Below, one piece after another: positions 37,676 through 46,751 of a stretch of DNA of 64,000 bases. Source of the stretch: Acidobacteria bacterium UBA2990 (GTDB lineage: Bacteria > Acidobacteriota > Vicinamibacteria > Vicinamibacterales > UBA8438); NCBI GenBank assembly GCA_002347025.1, contig DEAE01000032.1, positions 27,041 through 91,040 on the forward strand, written 5' to 3'. The translations under genes and the position numbers were made by a program. The notes beneath the pieces are model-generated. The model was not told the DNA's origin. It ran no database searches and worked only from the letters and a program-made list of their open reading frames with translations. Position 1 is the stretch's first letter. The number at the start of each line of letters is the position of its first letter.

Positions 37676-38052
37676 TCGAATGGCTGATTGTCTGGAAGGG
37701 GGTAATGTGTCTCAAGAGGGTGGCCAACTGGTTGCTGGTAGCATATCTGAATAGAAGGAAATGGAGCGAGGCTGGTTAAATAGCTTGAAAAATGAACAAA
37801 TTGTTGAAGGTGTGACTCTGCGCGCTGAGTCTATGTTATTCAACCGACCGTATGTCTAGGTTGACCGGGCTCTTATTGGATCGATCATTCTTTCTGGTTT
37901 AAGACTGACGTAGGCAGGAAGCGCAATTCAGCAAGTCGAAGTCTCTTATGTTTAACTACTTGTAATTTAGTCCTTTAGTCTTGATCTAGAAATAGCTGGG
38001 TTATACCTCTTCGATCCAAGGGAGCTATGCCGTGTGCTTGGCTCAATGAGAA

Positions 38053-38400
38053 ATGTCTACTCATGTCAAATATTTTGAACGTGTATTCTTAAGTTCACTG
38101 ATCCTAGGGCTTGTGGTTACGTTTCTAACATTTTCTACTCGGGCTGGTATTGCAGGTAATGACATTCTCCTTGCGGCCCTTGTCGTTGTCGAGTGTCCTC
38201 TCGTGCTGTTAATCTCTAGAAAAACAAATAATACTGCTAGGTGGTTCTTGGTCGCTCTCGTGCTGACTGGGGCGCCATTTTATCTATCTAGTCTAATTGT
38301 TAATTTTGCGACTGTTTTGATCGGTGTGTTGTCGTCCATGCAGGTGATAGCGCAATATGTTGGCCTCTATTTTCTATTTAGTGGTGAGCTCAACAAGTAG
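38053..38400 (+). CDS. small hypothetical membrane protein in a low-GC islet
   Basis: The 115-aa protein has 3-4 hydrophobic segments. Local G+C is about 20/60 (38041-38100). Confidence 0.35.
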   Translation: MSTHVKYFERVFLSSLILGLVVTFLTFSTRAGIAGNDILLAALVVVECPLVLLISRKTNNTARWFLVALVLTGAPFYLSSLIVNFATVLIGVLSSMQVIAQYVGLYFLFSGELNK

Positions 38401-38473
38401 TGGGCAGATGAACGGGCTGGGTGGTGTGATTGGGGCGAAGCTGTTCATGGAAGCAACGAATGGCATGTCGTGT

Positions 38474-39178
38474 TCAGGTGGCAGGGTTCGTCGCAAAGAC
38501 GGTCAGTTCTGTGGTGAAACCCCTGTCGTGCATTTCGAGAACGGATTTAACCATGTTGGCAATGTCCTCGGGTTGCAGCTTTGAGGGATGGTCTGTTTGA
38601 GGGAAGCCGGCAGCCTCGGCAAAGGGGGTGATCACTTCACTGGGGTTGATCTGGATGACTCGCACGTTGTGTTTCCTCAATTCGGAGCGCCAGCATTCCG
38701 TCAGGGCCCTGAGTGCGAACTTACTTGCCATATATGCTGTGCCGTTAGCAGCACCATGGAGAGAAGCGGTTGAGGCGATGTTCACGATATGGCCACCTTT
38801 GCGTGCTACAAAATGCTTGGCAGCTTCTCGTCCCATTAGCATCGCACCTGTCACATTCGTAGCAAAGACCCGCTCGAAGCTTGCCAGGTCCATCTCAACC
38901 AACGGTTTAAAGACACCGATGCCAGCATTGTTAACCAGAATGTCGAAGTGGCCGAACTTTTCCAGCACTGTCCGATAGGTTCGCCCGACGTCTTGCTCGT
39001 TGGAGACGTCAGCTCTTACCGCTTGAGCCCCAATGTCAGCCGCTGCTGCTTCCAACTTGGCTGGGTCGCGTCCTGTAATCGTCACGTGCGACCCTGACAA
39101 AATCAGTGATTCAGCGATGGCTCTGCCGATTCCCGAGCTCCCGCCGGTTACTATGGCAACCTTATTCGTGAGATTCAT
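38474..39178 (-). CDS. short-chain dehydrogenase/reductase (SDR)
   Basis: ATG 39178 gives 'MNLTNKVAIVTGGSSGIGRA' (TGxxxGIG). 'NNAG' and 'YMASK' (YxxxK) are present. Confidence 0.85.
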   Translation of the reverse strand: MNLTNKVAIVTGGSSGIGRAIAESLILSGSHVTITGRDPAKLEAAAADIGAQAVRADVSNEQDVGRTYRTVLEKFGHFDILVNNAGIGVFKPLVEMDLASFERVFATNVTGAMLMGREAAKHFVARKGGHIVNIASTASLHGAANGTAYMASKFALRALTECWRSELRKHNVRVIQINPSEVITPFAEAAGFPQTDHPSKLQPEDIANMVKSVLEMHDRGFTTELTVFATNPAT

Positions 39179-39448
39179 TTGGGTTTCAGTGTAGCGCAAC
39201 CGTGTCATTACGACCATGGTACTCGGAGTGCGAGTCAGGCGACCCATGGCTCCACAAACATGAAAATCAGCTCTAGATGTTTGAGCTAGAAGCTCTGGTT
39301 AACACGGAACACCTGGTCGAGTAGTTGCATGGCAGGGCTACGCCGTGCTCGGAGGCACTGAAGGTCGAACTAGGGTACGGTGGAAAAAGTGTATCTCTTT
39401 ATAAACTGGTTCTTGGACAACAGGTTATAGAAGGCGGCTCCTTAACCC

Positions 39449-40168
39449 TTATACGTCCTGGTGCAATTGAGAATATGCGGATTCTACAGGAAGGCCACAG
39501 AGGCGTGCCGACTCGGCCAGTGACCCAAGGGTCAGGCGTGCCACACCGCGGTAGTAGTCCGTTTCGGCGTGGGTGTCGACGAGTGCTAGACACCTCGGTG
39601 CCCACTGCAGTAGATGATCTTTCAGAATGGTTCGCTGGGCATCTAAGCAGCGAACGATGTCTGTGCGTCCTGTTCGTTCGTCAGCGCAGCCTGCGAGGTC
39701 AGACACCTGGGCGAGAAATGCCAGTTCGAGTGCCAAGTGATCGTCTGGTTCTCGATGAATGGCAGGTGCCTGCCAACCAAATTCTCGATAGAGCTGTCTG
39801 ACCTTGAGGGTGGAATCCTGAAATGTCAGTTTCGTCTTGCTTAGATGAACCGACTCCCAAGGAGGTGCAAGCATTTCACCAGGTCCGACAAAGAGCCGAT
39901 TAAAGTCCCACTCAAGTTCCTTGAGTCGGCTAGGGTCCCATTGTGCGCAATAGGTAGCCAGCGCGCTCAGTCCTGCCTTCACTGGTTCGGCCTTCGACCG
40001 GAAGGGCCAACTGTCAAAAAGTCCTTCCTCACGTAACGCTGAAAGCCAGCTTGCATCGGGTGTCTTATAGAAACATTGAGCAAGAAAACGGTAGGCTAAT
40101 GCCTGTCTTGGCTGACACTGCTGCCATTCCCTTTGATCAAAAACATCCTTGCAAGGCGTGAGTGTCAA
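39449..40168 (-). CDS. TorD/DmsD-family redox-enzyme maturation chaperone
   Basis: Motifs seen: 'ALAYRFLAQCFY' and 'EPDDHLALELAFLAQ'. The proposed TTG start makes a TTGA overlap with the upstream stop. ATG alternatives lie at 40213 and 40237. Confidence 0.7.
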   Translation of the reverse strand: MTLTPCKDVFDQREWQQCQPRQALAYRFLAQCFYKTPDASWLSALREEGLFDSWPFRSKAEPVKAGLSALATYCAQWDPSRLKELEWDFNRLFVGPGEMLAPPWESVHLSKTKLTFQDSTLKVRQLYREFGWQAPAIHREPDDHLALELAFLAQVSDLAGCADERTGRTDIVRCLDAQRTILKDHLLQWAPRCLALVDTHAETDYYRGVARLTLGSLAESARLCGLPVESAYSQLHQDV

Positions 40169-41082
40169 ATCCCAACCCTGACCCGCGTGGCGTAGAAAAG
40201 AAAGCGTCCACATACCTCTGCGACCAGCACGATACAAAACGATGCATACGCTAGTTTTGGGGCAAGTCGAGAACTAGAGGGTATCCTGTGGCTTGCTAGC
40301 ATGACGGCCAAAGTTGCCGTTGCTACAAAGAGTAGCCCGAACCGTAACCCAAGCAACCAGTCGTAGTCGTACGTCAACTTATAAAGACTGGATGCTGCGG
40401 CGGGGGATGGATCTCTTGCTAGGTCTGCCACCTGGACCGGTAGGATTAGCAGTTCAGTGAGAACAGCTACCAGTCCAACCAGTGAGAGCCCCTGCAGAAT
40501 CCCCAAAGGGGCGTAGCCGTCTGGAGATCGTGAGTGTCGGCTTGGGGTCGTCGGTGTCCAGCCTTCTGAGACGAGTATGACCATAACACCCAGAACACCC
40601 AGACGCAGCGCCGATGCCACGAAAGCAGTCGGGGTAGCGACAGTGTTCCAGCTCGGTTGAGATGGCAACAGATATATCTGGATTTGGCAGTAGAGAAACG
40701 CCACCGCTGTGACTCCAGTTAACCAGGTCATCCACTTCGTGTTGGGCGAGGTATTTTTGGAACGCCACTGTATGGTCGTCAGCGCGCTCAGAAACACCGC
40801 GAACAGGCCGCCAGACACTATCTCGCGGCTTAACCACGACGAGTTAAGATTCACAAGCGCACGCAGCGCCTCTAGTGGAGCCGAGAGATGGAAAAGCGCC
40901 ACGCCCAAACCGAGGATCAGTGAGGCGAGTACCGCAATTAGCCGGACCGTCATTCTTTTCCCTGGGACGTCCCCCTTCGGCGTACATAACCAAATTTGCA
41001 CAACCTGGAGTGTCAGAAACGCGCCAACGGCCATCTGTGTCAGCAGCGTGAAAAAAACGAGGGACCAGTCACGCAGTTGCAT
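40165..41082 (-). CDS. DmsC-type membrane anchor subunit
   Basis: The N-terminus 'MQLRDWSLVFFTLLTQMAVGAF' is DmsC-like. There are about 8 hydrophobic segments. Confidence 0.65.
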   Translation of the reverse strand: MQLRDWSLVFFTLLTQMAVGAFLTLQVVQIWLCTPKGDVPGKRMTVRLIAVLASLILGLGVALFHLSAPLEALRALVNLNSSWLSREIVSGGLFAVFLSALTTIQWRSKNTSPNTKWMTWLTGVTAVAFLYCQIQIYLLPSQPSWNTVATPTAFVASALRLGVLGVMVILVSEGWTPTTPSRHSRSPDGYAPLGILQGLSLVGLVAVLTELLILPVQVADLARDPSPAAASSLYKLTYDYDWLLGLRFGLLFVATATLAVMLASHRIPSSSRLAPKLAYASFCIVLVAEVCGRFLFYATRVRVGI

Positions 41083-41093
41083 TGCAGAAGGGT

Positions 41094-41648
41094 TCAGGAA
41101 TGAACTGGCCTCAGCGGTATGAAGCGGATCGCCGGTTTAGTGATCTCAGCCTCAGGCAAAGGGCCGAACTGAGCCGTGACGCCATCTCGCGCGGCGATGT
41201 CTTCCAGCTGCCCCCACTGAAGCGCCTTGGTCGGGCAAGCTTCGGCACAGGCGGGCCCTCCGGTACCAGCATCGATGCGGTGGGAGCAGAAATTGCACTT
41301 CTCCATCTTGCCGGTCTCATCGCTAAACTGCGGGGCATCATAGGGACACGCCCAAGCGCACAGGCGGGCACCAATGCACTTGCTCTGATCGACCACCACG
41401 ATGCCGTCTGGTCGTTTCTCGATGGCACCAGAGGGACAGGCTTCAGCACACACCGGCACCTCGCAGTGATTGCATGACATCGATACGTGATACATGAAGG
41501 GTCCGCCTTCATCCCCTTGAACTGTCCGGACCTTGCGCCACCGTGGCCCCATCTCGACCCCATTTTCGACTTTGCAAGCAATCTCACAGGTGCGACACCC
41601 CGTACAGCGATTCGCGTCAAAAAAGAAGGCGTGCTGTTTCGTTGTCAT
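41094..41648 (-). CDS. 4x[4Fe-4S] ferredoxin subunit (DmsB-like)
   Basis: Cys clusters seen: 'CTGCRTCEIACK', 'CNHCEVPVCAEACP', 'CIGARLCAWACP', 'CNFCSHR...CAEACP'. Confidence 0.9.
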   Translation of the reverse strand: MTTKQHAFFFDANRCTGCRTCEIACKVENGVEMGPRWRKVRTVQGDEGGPFMYHVSMSCNHCEVPVCAEACPSGAIEKRPDGIVVVDQSKCIGARLCAWACPYDAPQFSDETGKMEKCNFCSHRIDAGTGGPACAEACPTKALQWGQLEDIAARDGVTAQFGPLPEAEITKPAIRFIPLRPVHS

Positions 41649-44089
41649 ACGGCATCTCCAGATTCAACCTGCACCATGGACGAGTTTAGCGTGTGCCCTA
41701 GCGAAATCGGTTCGTATTTATCAGGGCTCAGGATGCTCGCGGTCTGCTTTTCGTCGACACCACCCCAGCCTGTCGTCAGACTGACCACTCCAGTCATGAT
41801 TCCGCTTGTGACTTCAGCCATGGCCTCTATCGCACCACGATCGTTGAAGACACGGATTCGCGCGCCATGGTCAATACCTCGGACTCTCGCGTCGTCCGGA
41901 TGGATCTGCAATACTTGACGAGCCCAAATTTCCGTCAGAAAGTCGTGATGGTGGAAACTTGAATTCACATGATTGTGATTCTTGCGATTGATCAGCTGGA
42001 GCGGGTAGCGCTGTGCTAGTGATTCGTCGACCCACGGCGCCTCAACGGGGTGCAAATACTCGAGCAAAGGAGCGAAGCCTTTTTCCTGGAGGTACAGCGA
42101 GAAAAGTTCAATCCGACCAGACGGAGTGGCAAACGTTTTGTCTTCGAACGGAATCCAAGGGTCAGGCATCGGATTGACGGGACCGACCTCGAGCTGTTCA
42201 AGACTGACTCCTGTCGGTTCAAGGACGCGACGGAAAAGATCATCATCAGGCTGGTCGAAGTCATCTCCAAAACCAAGTCGCTTTGCCAACTCAGTCATGA
42301 TCCAGCGATCAGACCTGGCCTCAAACAGCGGCTCGATGGCCTGCTCCATAAGTTGGATGTATCGACTGCGGCTGCCGGCAAGTAAGTTCCTGGTTTCAAA
42401 TAGCGTAGTCACCGGTAACACAATATCGGCGTAACGCGCTGTCGTCGTCATAAAAATATCTTGCACAACGAACAGGTCGACATTGTCGAGTCCGGCGATG
42501 ATTTTCTTGGTGTTCGGGTACTGGGTGAGCAGCCCGGTTCCAGCTACATGAATAGCCTTGATGGGATGCGGCTTTCGTTCCACCAGGTACTCGCCGAGCT
42601 TGGTGCAGGGAATACCCGGAATAGAGGGATTCTGTTGGAGCGGAACCGGGTAATCGATTGTTCCACCTTGCCCCAGATAGCCACCGGTATCGTTGACACC
42701 TCCGCCAAGCACCCCCACATTACCGGTGAGCGCTGCAAGGTAAAGGTGCCCGATGACTGTCAGTGTTCCATGGTCGGTGCGTTGTGCGCCGGCCATGTTC
42801 TGAATGATCGCCGCGGGTTTGGCTCCTGCAAACTCCCTTGCCACAGACGCAATCGCCTCAGTCGGTGCTCCGGTGATGTCGTGCACGACCTCAGGAGTGT
42901 AACGCCTGGCGATTGCCCGCAACCACTCAAGGACCGGCTGATAGCGGACACCGTCGATCTCGTAACTGCCACCTAGAGCGGCGCGAGCCCCAGGAGTATC
43001 AGCTGGAACTGGAGCAGAGGTCAGTTCATCCCAGACCACGAAACGGCCAGAACTATTGTCAGGAAGAGTCAGAAGGTGAAGGTCACGCAAATCGACAGGC
43101 AGCGCTTCGCCGCCGACCGGCCACCCCAGAGACGATCCTTGAAGGTCATAGCCAGACTCGCCATACCGCACTAGAAACGGTGCATTGGTGAAGCTGCGTA
43201 CGTAATCATGGTCAAAGAGACCTTCGTCGAGGAGCACGTGAATCATGCCCAACGCTAGAGCTGCATCTGTACCGGGTTTAATCTGAATCCACCGATCGGA
43301 TAAGGCGGCCGTCTCGCTCAGCCTGGGGTCAATCGTTACCAGACGGGCGCCGTGTTGCTCCCTCGCGTCAAAGAGATTCTTCATGTAACCCTGGTTGGTT
43401 ACCGCCGGATTGTTGCCCCATGCCAAGAAGTAACGACTGTGGATCCACTCATCCCGAAATTCTGACCGGCCACCGCCGAAGGTCGCCGCAAATCCTTCGG
43501 ACACGGATGCGCAGCAGAGCTGAGAGATAATCGGAGTCGCCCCGCCAAATCTGTTCCAGAATGCCGAATAGAGTCCCCGTATCCCTGTCGACAATGTTGA
43601 CCAATTGCCGGTTGCTCCGAAAGCCAGAAATGCCTGATTTCCATGGTCATCGAGGATCCGCCGATAGCGGGTGGCGATCGTGTTGAGGGCATCCTCCCAG
43701 CTGATCCGCTCCCACCGATCCTCGCCCCGTTTTCCCGCACGGCGCATCGGGTATTTCAGTCGATGAGGGCTGTAGAGTTGCCGGATACGGGAGATCCCAC
43801 GAGCGCAGGCCAACACATTGAAGTCTGGGTCGCCGGTTACCTTGACCAATCGACCACCATCGACATGAGCCAGTAGGGCACAATGAAGACATTCCGGTGT
43901 GTTCGCGGTACGGAAGATGTGCTGTCCCGCGCTTGCCAGTCGAGGCTCTTCGACGTCCCGATACTTTGGCAGAAGCAATCCTCCGCCCAATGCGGTTGCT
44001 CCTCCCAGTAGCGCGCTCCACTTCAAGAAATTGCGCCGCGATGGAGCGAAGTTTTCGTCTGTAACAGCGATATCACTTCGTGGCGGCAT
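41645..44089 (-). CDS. Tat-exported molybdopterin oxidoreductase catalytic subunit (DMSO-reductase family, DmsA-like)
   Basis: The Tat motif is 'SRRNFLKWSALLGG'. Motifs 'RLKYPMRRAGKRGEDRWERISWEDA' and 'IDPRLSETA...IKPGTDAAL' are present. AAGGA lies 8 nt before the ATG. The stop overlaps subunit B (ATGA). Confidence 0.9.
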   Translation of the reverse strand: MPPRSDIAVTDENFAPSRRNFLKWSALLGGATALGGGLLLPKYRDVEEPRLASAGQHIFRTANTPECLHCALLAHVDGGRLVKVTGDPDFNVLACARGISRIRQLYSPHRLKYPMRRAGKRGEDRWERISWEDALNTIATRYRRILDDHGNQAFLAFGATGNWSTLSTGIRGLYSAFWNRFGGATPIISQLCCASVSEGFAATFGGGRSEFRDEWIHSRYFLAWGNNPAVTNQGYMKNLFDAREQHGARLVTIDPRLSETAALSDRWIQIKPGTDAALALGMIHVLLDEGLFDHDYVRSFTNAPFLVRYGESGYDLQGSSLGWPVGGEALPVDLRDLHLLTLPDNSSGRFVVWDELTSAPVPADTPGARAALGGSYEIDGVRYQPVLEWLRAIARRYTPEVVHDITGAPTEAIASVAREFAGAKPAAIIQNMAGAQRTDHGTLTVIGHLYLAALTGNVGVLGGGVNDTGGYLGQGGTIDYPVPLQQNPSIPGIPCTKLGEYLVERKPHPIKAIHVAGTGLLTQYPNTKKIIAGLDNVDLFVVQDIFMTTTARYADIVLPVTTLFETRNLLAGSRSRYIQLMEQAIEPLFEARSDRWIMTELAKRLGFGDDFDQPDDDLFRRVLEPTGVSLEQLEVGPVNPMPDPWIPFEDKTFATPSGRIELFSLYLQEKGFAPLLEYLHPVEAPWVDESLAQRYPLQLINRKNHNHVNSSFHHHDFLTEIWARQVLQIHPDDARVRGIDHGARIRVFNDRGAIEAMAEVTSGIMTGVVSLTTGWGGVDEKQTASILSPDKYEPISLGHTLNSSMVQVESGDAV

Positions 44090-44347
44090 CGATATTTTCC
44101 TTGTGGCTCAGCTGATTGACGCCGATCCTTATCTTCGAACTGTCTCGACGTCACACCGCTCGAAGGAACTCCTATTTAGCACTCAATTAAGCAAGAGGTA
44201 GATCGTTGTGCCCGAATAGGGTACATAACGTGCTAAACGAACAATTGTTGCTACCGACTGATGCATAATGCCCGTCTGCTGATACGAAGGTCAAGAGGCC
44301 GTTTATGCGTCCCACTACAGGTGGGTGCTATCCATCGCGTGACGCAT

Positions 44348-44380
44348 CTACCGAACTTGGCCGAATATACAGTTCGGTAG
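44348..44380. repeat. perfect 10-bp inverted repeat with 13-nt spacer
   Basis: CTACCGAACT-N13-AGTTCGGTAG, about 260-290 bp upstream of the molybdoenzyme start. Confidence 0.5.
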
Positions 44381-44717
44381 TGTATTGATTGAGGTAAGCC
44401 TAACCAGGAGATATTCAAAGAATAAGTCGAATGGAGTTAGTCTCGCTGACCTTGGCCTATGGTTACACAGTGACTTAATCAGTTCAGCTGGAGCAGCTGT
44501 GTCCACTACACAACTTTGCATCAGAGCTGCGCTACAGTAGCCGACGCTGCAGACATAACGGACCGATCTGTTGAGTCAATTTTGTTGATCAAGCAATCTT
44601 CATCGCCCGGGGTCTGGTTCATATTGTGGCAAGTTTGCACATCGCAGCCCAGAAAAACGAGAGTGCTCTTCATGAGGGTCAGTACGGCTCTTCAAAGAGA
44701 GACTCTGAAGTAGGATT

Positions 44718-44805
44718 TGGTGCGGAAGGGGGGACTTGAACCCCCATGAGACTAAGTCTCACAGGCTCCTGAGGCCTGCGCGTCTGCCAATTCCGCCACT
44801 TCCGC
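44718..44805 (-). tRNA. tRNA-Leu (anticodon CAG), class II, CCA encoded
   Basis: The minus strand reads GCGGAAG-TG-GCGGAATTGGCAGACGC-G-CAGGC-CTCAGGA-GCCTG-TGAGACTTAGTCTCAT-GGGGG-TTCAAGT-CCCCC-CTTCCGC-ACCA. It has a 7-bp acceptor stem, a long variable arm and a TTCAAGT T-loop. Confidence 0.9.
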
Positions 44806-44969
44806 GATGAATCAGGTTATCAATCCTTAGAGTGTAGGATTTCAGTATAACCAAGACGAGCATGTCGATGCCAGCTCACTCTGTAGCATATACTCGACGA
44901 GAGCGTCTGTGGAAGGGGGCGTTTGGTTAATTCTAGTATGTGGCGGCCTGGTTCGTGAAGGAGGCTAAC

Positions 44970-46718
44970 GTGAGTGTCCAGCGCACTTTCAAATTCATTA
45001 TCGCTTTCCTATTGCTGGCAACTTTCATATCGGTTGCTGGCTTAGCCACGATGTATTTTGCAATGTCTCGCTCACCGTCGGTCGAGGTGAACTCGGTGCT
45101 TGTGTTGCAAGTGCCAGGGGCACTCCCTGAACGTAATTTGAATCTCTTTTTAGCCCCGTTGGTGGGAGATGGTCCAACGGTTGAATCACTTGTCGAGAGC
45201 TTGCGGAAAGCTAAGGTTGACACGCGTGTTCGTGGCGTAATCTTAAAACCATTGGGACCACAGTTGCTTTGGGGCAAGGTGCAGGAGATTCGTGACGCAG
45301 TGCTCGATTTTCGCGAGTCAGGAAAGCCGCTTGTGGCGTTTCTTGAGTTCGGTGGAACCCAGGAATACTATCTGGCGTCGGCGGCTGAGAAGATTTATTT
45401 GATGCCAAGTAGCCCGCTAGATCTGGTCGGTGTGGCGAATTACGAGGTTTTCGTCCGTGGCGCGCTTGATAAAGTCGGTGCTTATCCAGACATGCTCCAT
45501 GCAGGTGACTATAAGACTGCAGCCAATGTCTATACCGAGACTGGCATGACTCCGTTCCATCGTGAGATGGCAGAGGACCTCAATAGAGATCTTTATGAGC
45601 AACTGGTCGGCGGCATCGCTGAAGGTCGGAATTTGGAGCCCAGAGTGGTGCGCCAGCTTATTGATGAAGGACCGTTCTTGCCAGACGATGCGCTTGTAGC
45701 TGGATTGGTCGACGGACTCCTTTACGCTGACGAGCTCAATCAGCAGGAGCCTTTCCAGGGGTTTGACTGGAAAGAGATCCAGGATGACGCTTACCGCCAG
45801 GTCAGTGCGGGCTCTGTTGGATCAAATGGAGACCGGCGACTCGCCATTATCTATGCGGTTGGGGCAATCGCTTCTGGTAGAGGTGGGGTTGATTTCACGG
45901 GCGGGGAAGTCCTTGGGGCTGAGAGTCTGGCGATGTCGATACGTAGCGCTCGGGATGATGATTCGATCAGAGCCATCGTCCTGCGTATTGATAGTCCGGG
46001 AGGATCGGCAATAGCCTCTGATGCCATTTGGCGGGAGGTTGTGTTGGCCAAAGAGAAGAAACCTGTGGTGGCATCTCTGTCGGATTTAGGGGCTTCTGGA
46101 GGGTACTACATAGCTATGGCAGCTGACTCAATTGTGGCCCAGCCGGCTACGTTGACCGGTTCGATTGGCGTGGTGGCCGGTAAGATTTCGACCGGCGGTA
46201 CATATGAGGCACTTGGAGTTACGGTTGAACCGGTAAGCCAGGGACGGTTTGCTGAGCTTTACTCGCCTGTTACTCGATTTTCTGACGAGGAGCGGGCAAA
46301 GATGCAAGAACACATTGATGCTGTTTACGAGTTGTTTCTAGAAAAGGCTGCTGACGGACGTGGCAGTACTAGGGACTCAATACATGAAGTTGCTCAGGGT
46401 CGGGTCTGGACTGGGCGCCAGGCGAAAGCCTTGGGCTTGATTGACGAACTTGGTGGATTGAGCGCGGCGGTCGCGTTGGCCAAAGAGCAAGCTGGTCTTG
46501 AGGTAGAAGATGAGGTGGACTTGGTGATTTATCCCAGGCCGAGGAATTTCATCGACCTTGTGAGTGAAAGTTTCGTGGGCAGGCAAGGGGTAACTGGTTT
46601 TAGTGGTGGGAGAACGTTTTCGAATAATTTACGGGTTCTCAGGCGAATGGCAGTGCCGCTGGAGCTGTTCCGGCGAGGTGAACCACTTGCTCTGATGCCG
46701 GCTGTGCTTGCTCCCTAA
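44970..46718 (+). CDS. sppA: signal peptide peptidase SppA, 67K (double S49 domain) type
   Basis: The GTG at 44970 lies 5 nt after GAAGGAGG (the ORF opens at 44940). There is an N-terminal TM helix and two S49 repeats. The motif 'LSDLGASGGYYIA' is present. Confidence 0.85.
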   Translation: MSVQRTFKFIIAFLLLATFISVAGLATMYFAMSRSPSVEVNSVLVLQVPGALPERNLNLFLAPLVGDGPTVESLVESLRKAKVDTRVRGVILKPLGPQLLWGKVQEIRDAVLDFRESGKPLVAFLEFGGTQEYYLASAAEKIYLMPSSPLDLVGVANYEVFVRGALDKVGAYPDMLHAGDYKTAANVYTETGMTPFHREMAEDLNRDLYEQLVGGIAEGRNLEPRVVRQLIDEGPFLPDDALVAGLVDGLLYADELNQQEPFQGFDWKEIQDDAYRQVSAGSVGSNGDRRLAIIYAVGAIASGRGGVDFTGGEVLGAESLAMSIRSARDDDSIRAIVLRIDSPGGSAIASDAIWREVVLAKEKKPVVASLSDLGASGGYYIAMAADSIVAQPATLTGSIGVVAGKISTGGTYEALGVTVEPVSQGRFAELYSPVTRFSDEERAKMQEHIDAVYELFLEKAADGRGSTRDSIHEVAQGRVWTGRQAKALGLIDELGGLSAAVALAKEQAGLEVEDEVDLVIYPRPRNFIDLVSESFVGRQGVTGFSGGRTFSNNLRVLRRMAVPLELFRRGEPLALMPAVLAP

Positions 46719-46751
46719 CTTACTGATTCAAGTGGCTCAGCGGTTGTTTCT

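Noticed and set aside
41111-41620. 169-aa alternative-frame ORF inside the ferredoxin subunit gene
   Set aside because: It lies on the same strand but out of frame with a gene carrying four canonical Cys clusters. The translation is Arg/Ala/Ser-rich.
41645-44089. Selenocysteine or frameshift in the molybdopterin subunit
   Set aside because: The reading frame is uninterrupted, with no in-frame TGA. The candidate ligand position is encoded as Cys.
44585-44598. FNR/CRP-like half-site TTGAT-caag-CAATC upstream of the molybdoenzyme operon
   Set aside because: The second half-site does not match ATCAA. The site lies about 500 bp from the start codon, so the resemblance is probably chance.
44516-44713. 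65-aa plus-strand ORF ending next to the tRNA-Leu gene
   Set aside because: It has no SD and an odd composition. It lies in the region between the tRNA and the molybdoenzyme operon.
44718-44940. Possible genomic-island integration at tRNA-Leu
   Set aside because: No integrase, no direct repeat of the tRNA 3' end and no foreign gene block are visible on either side.
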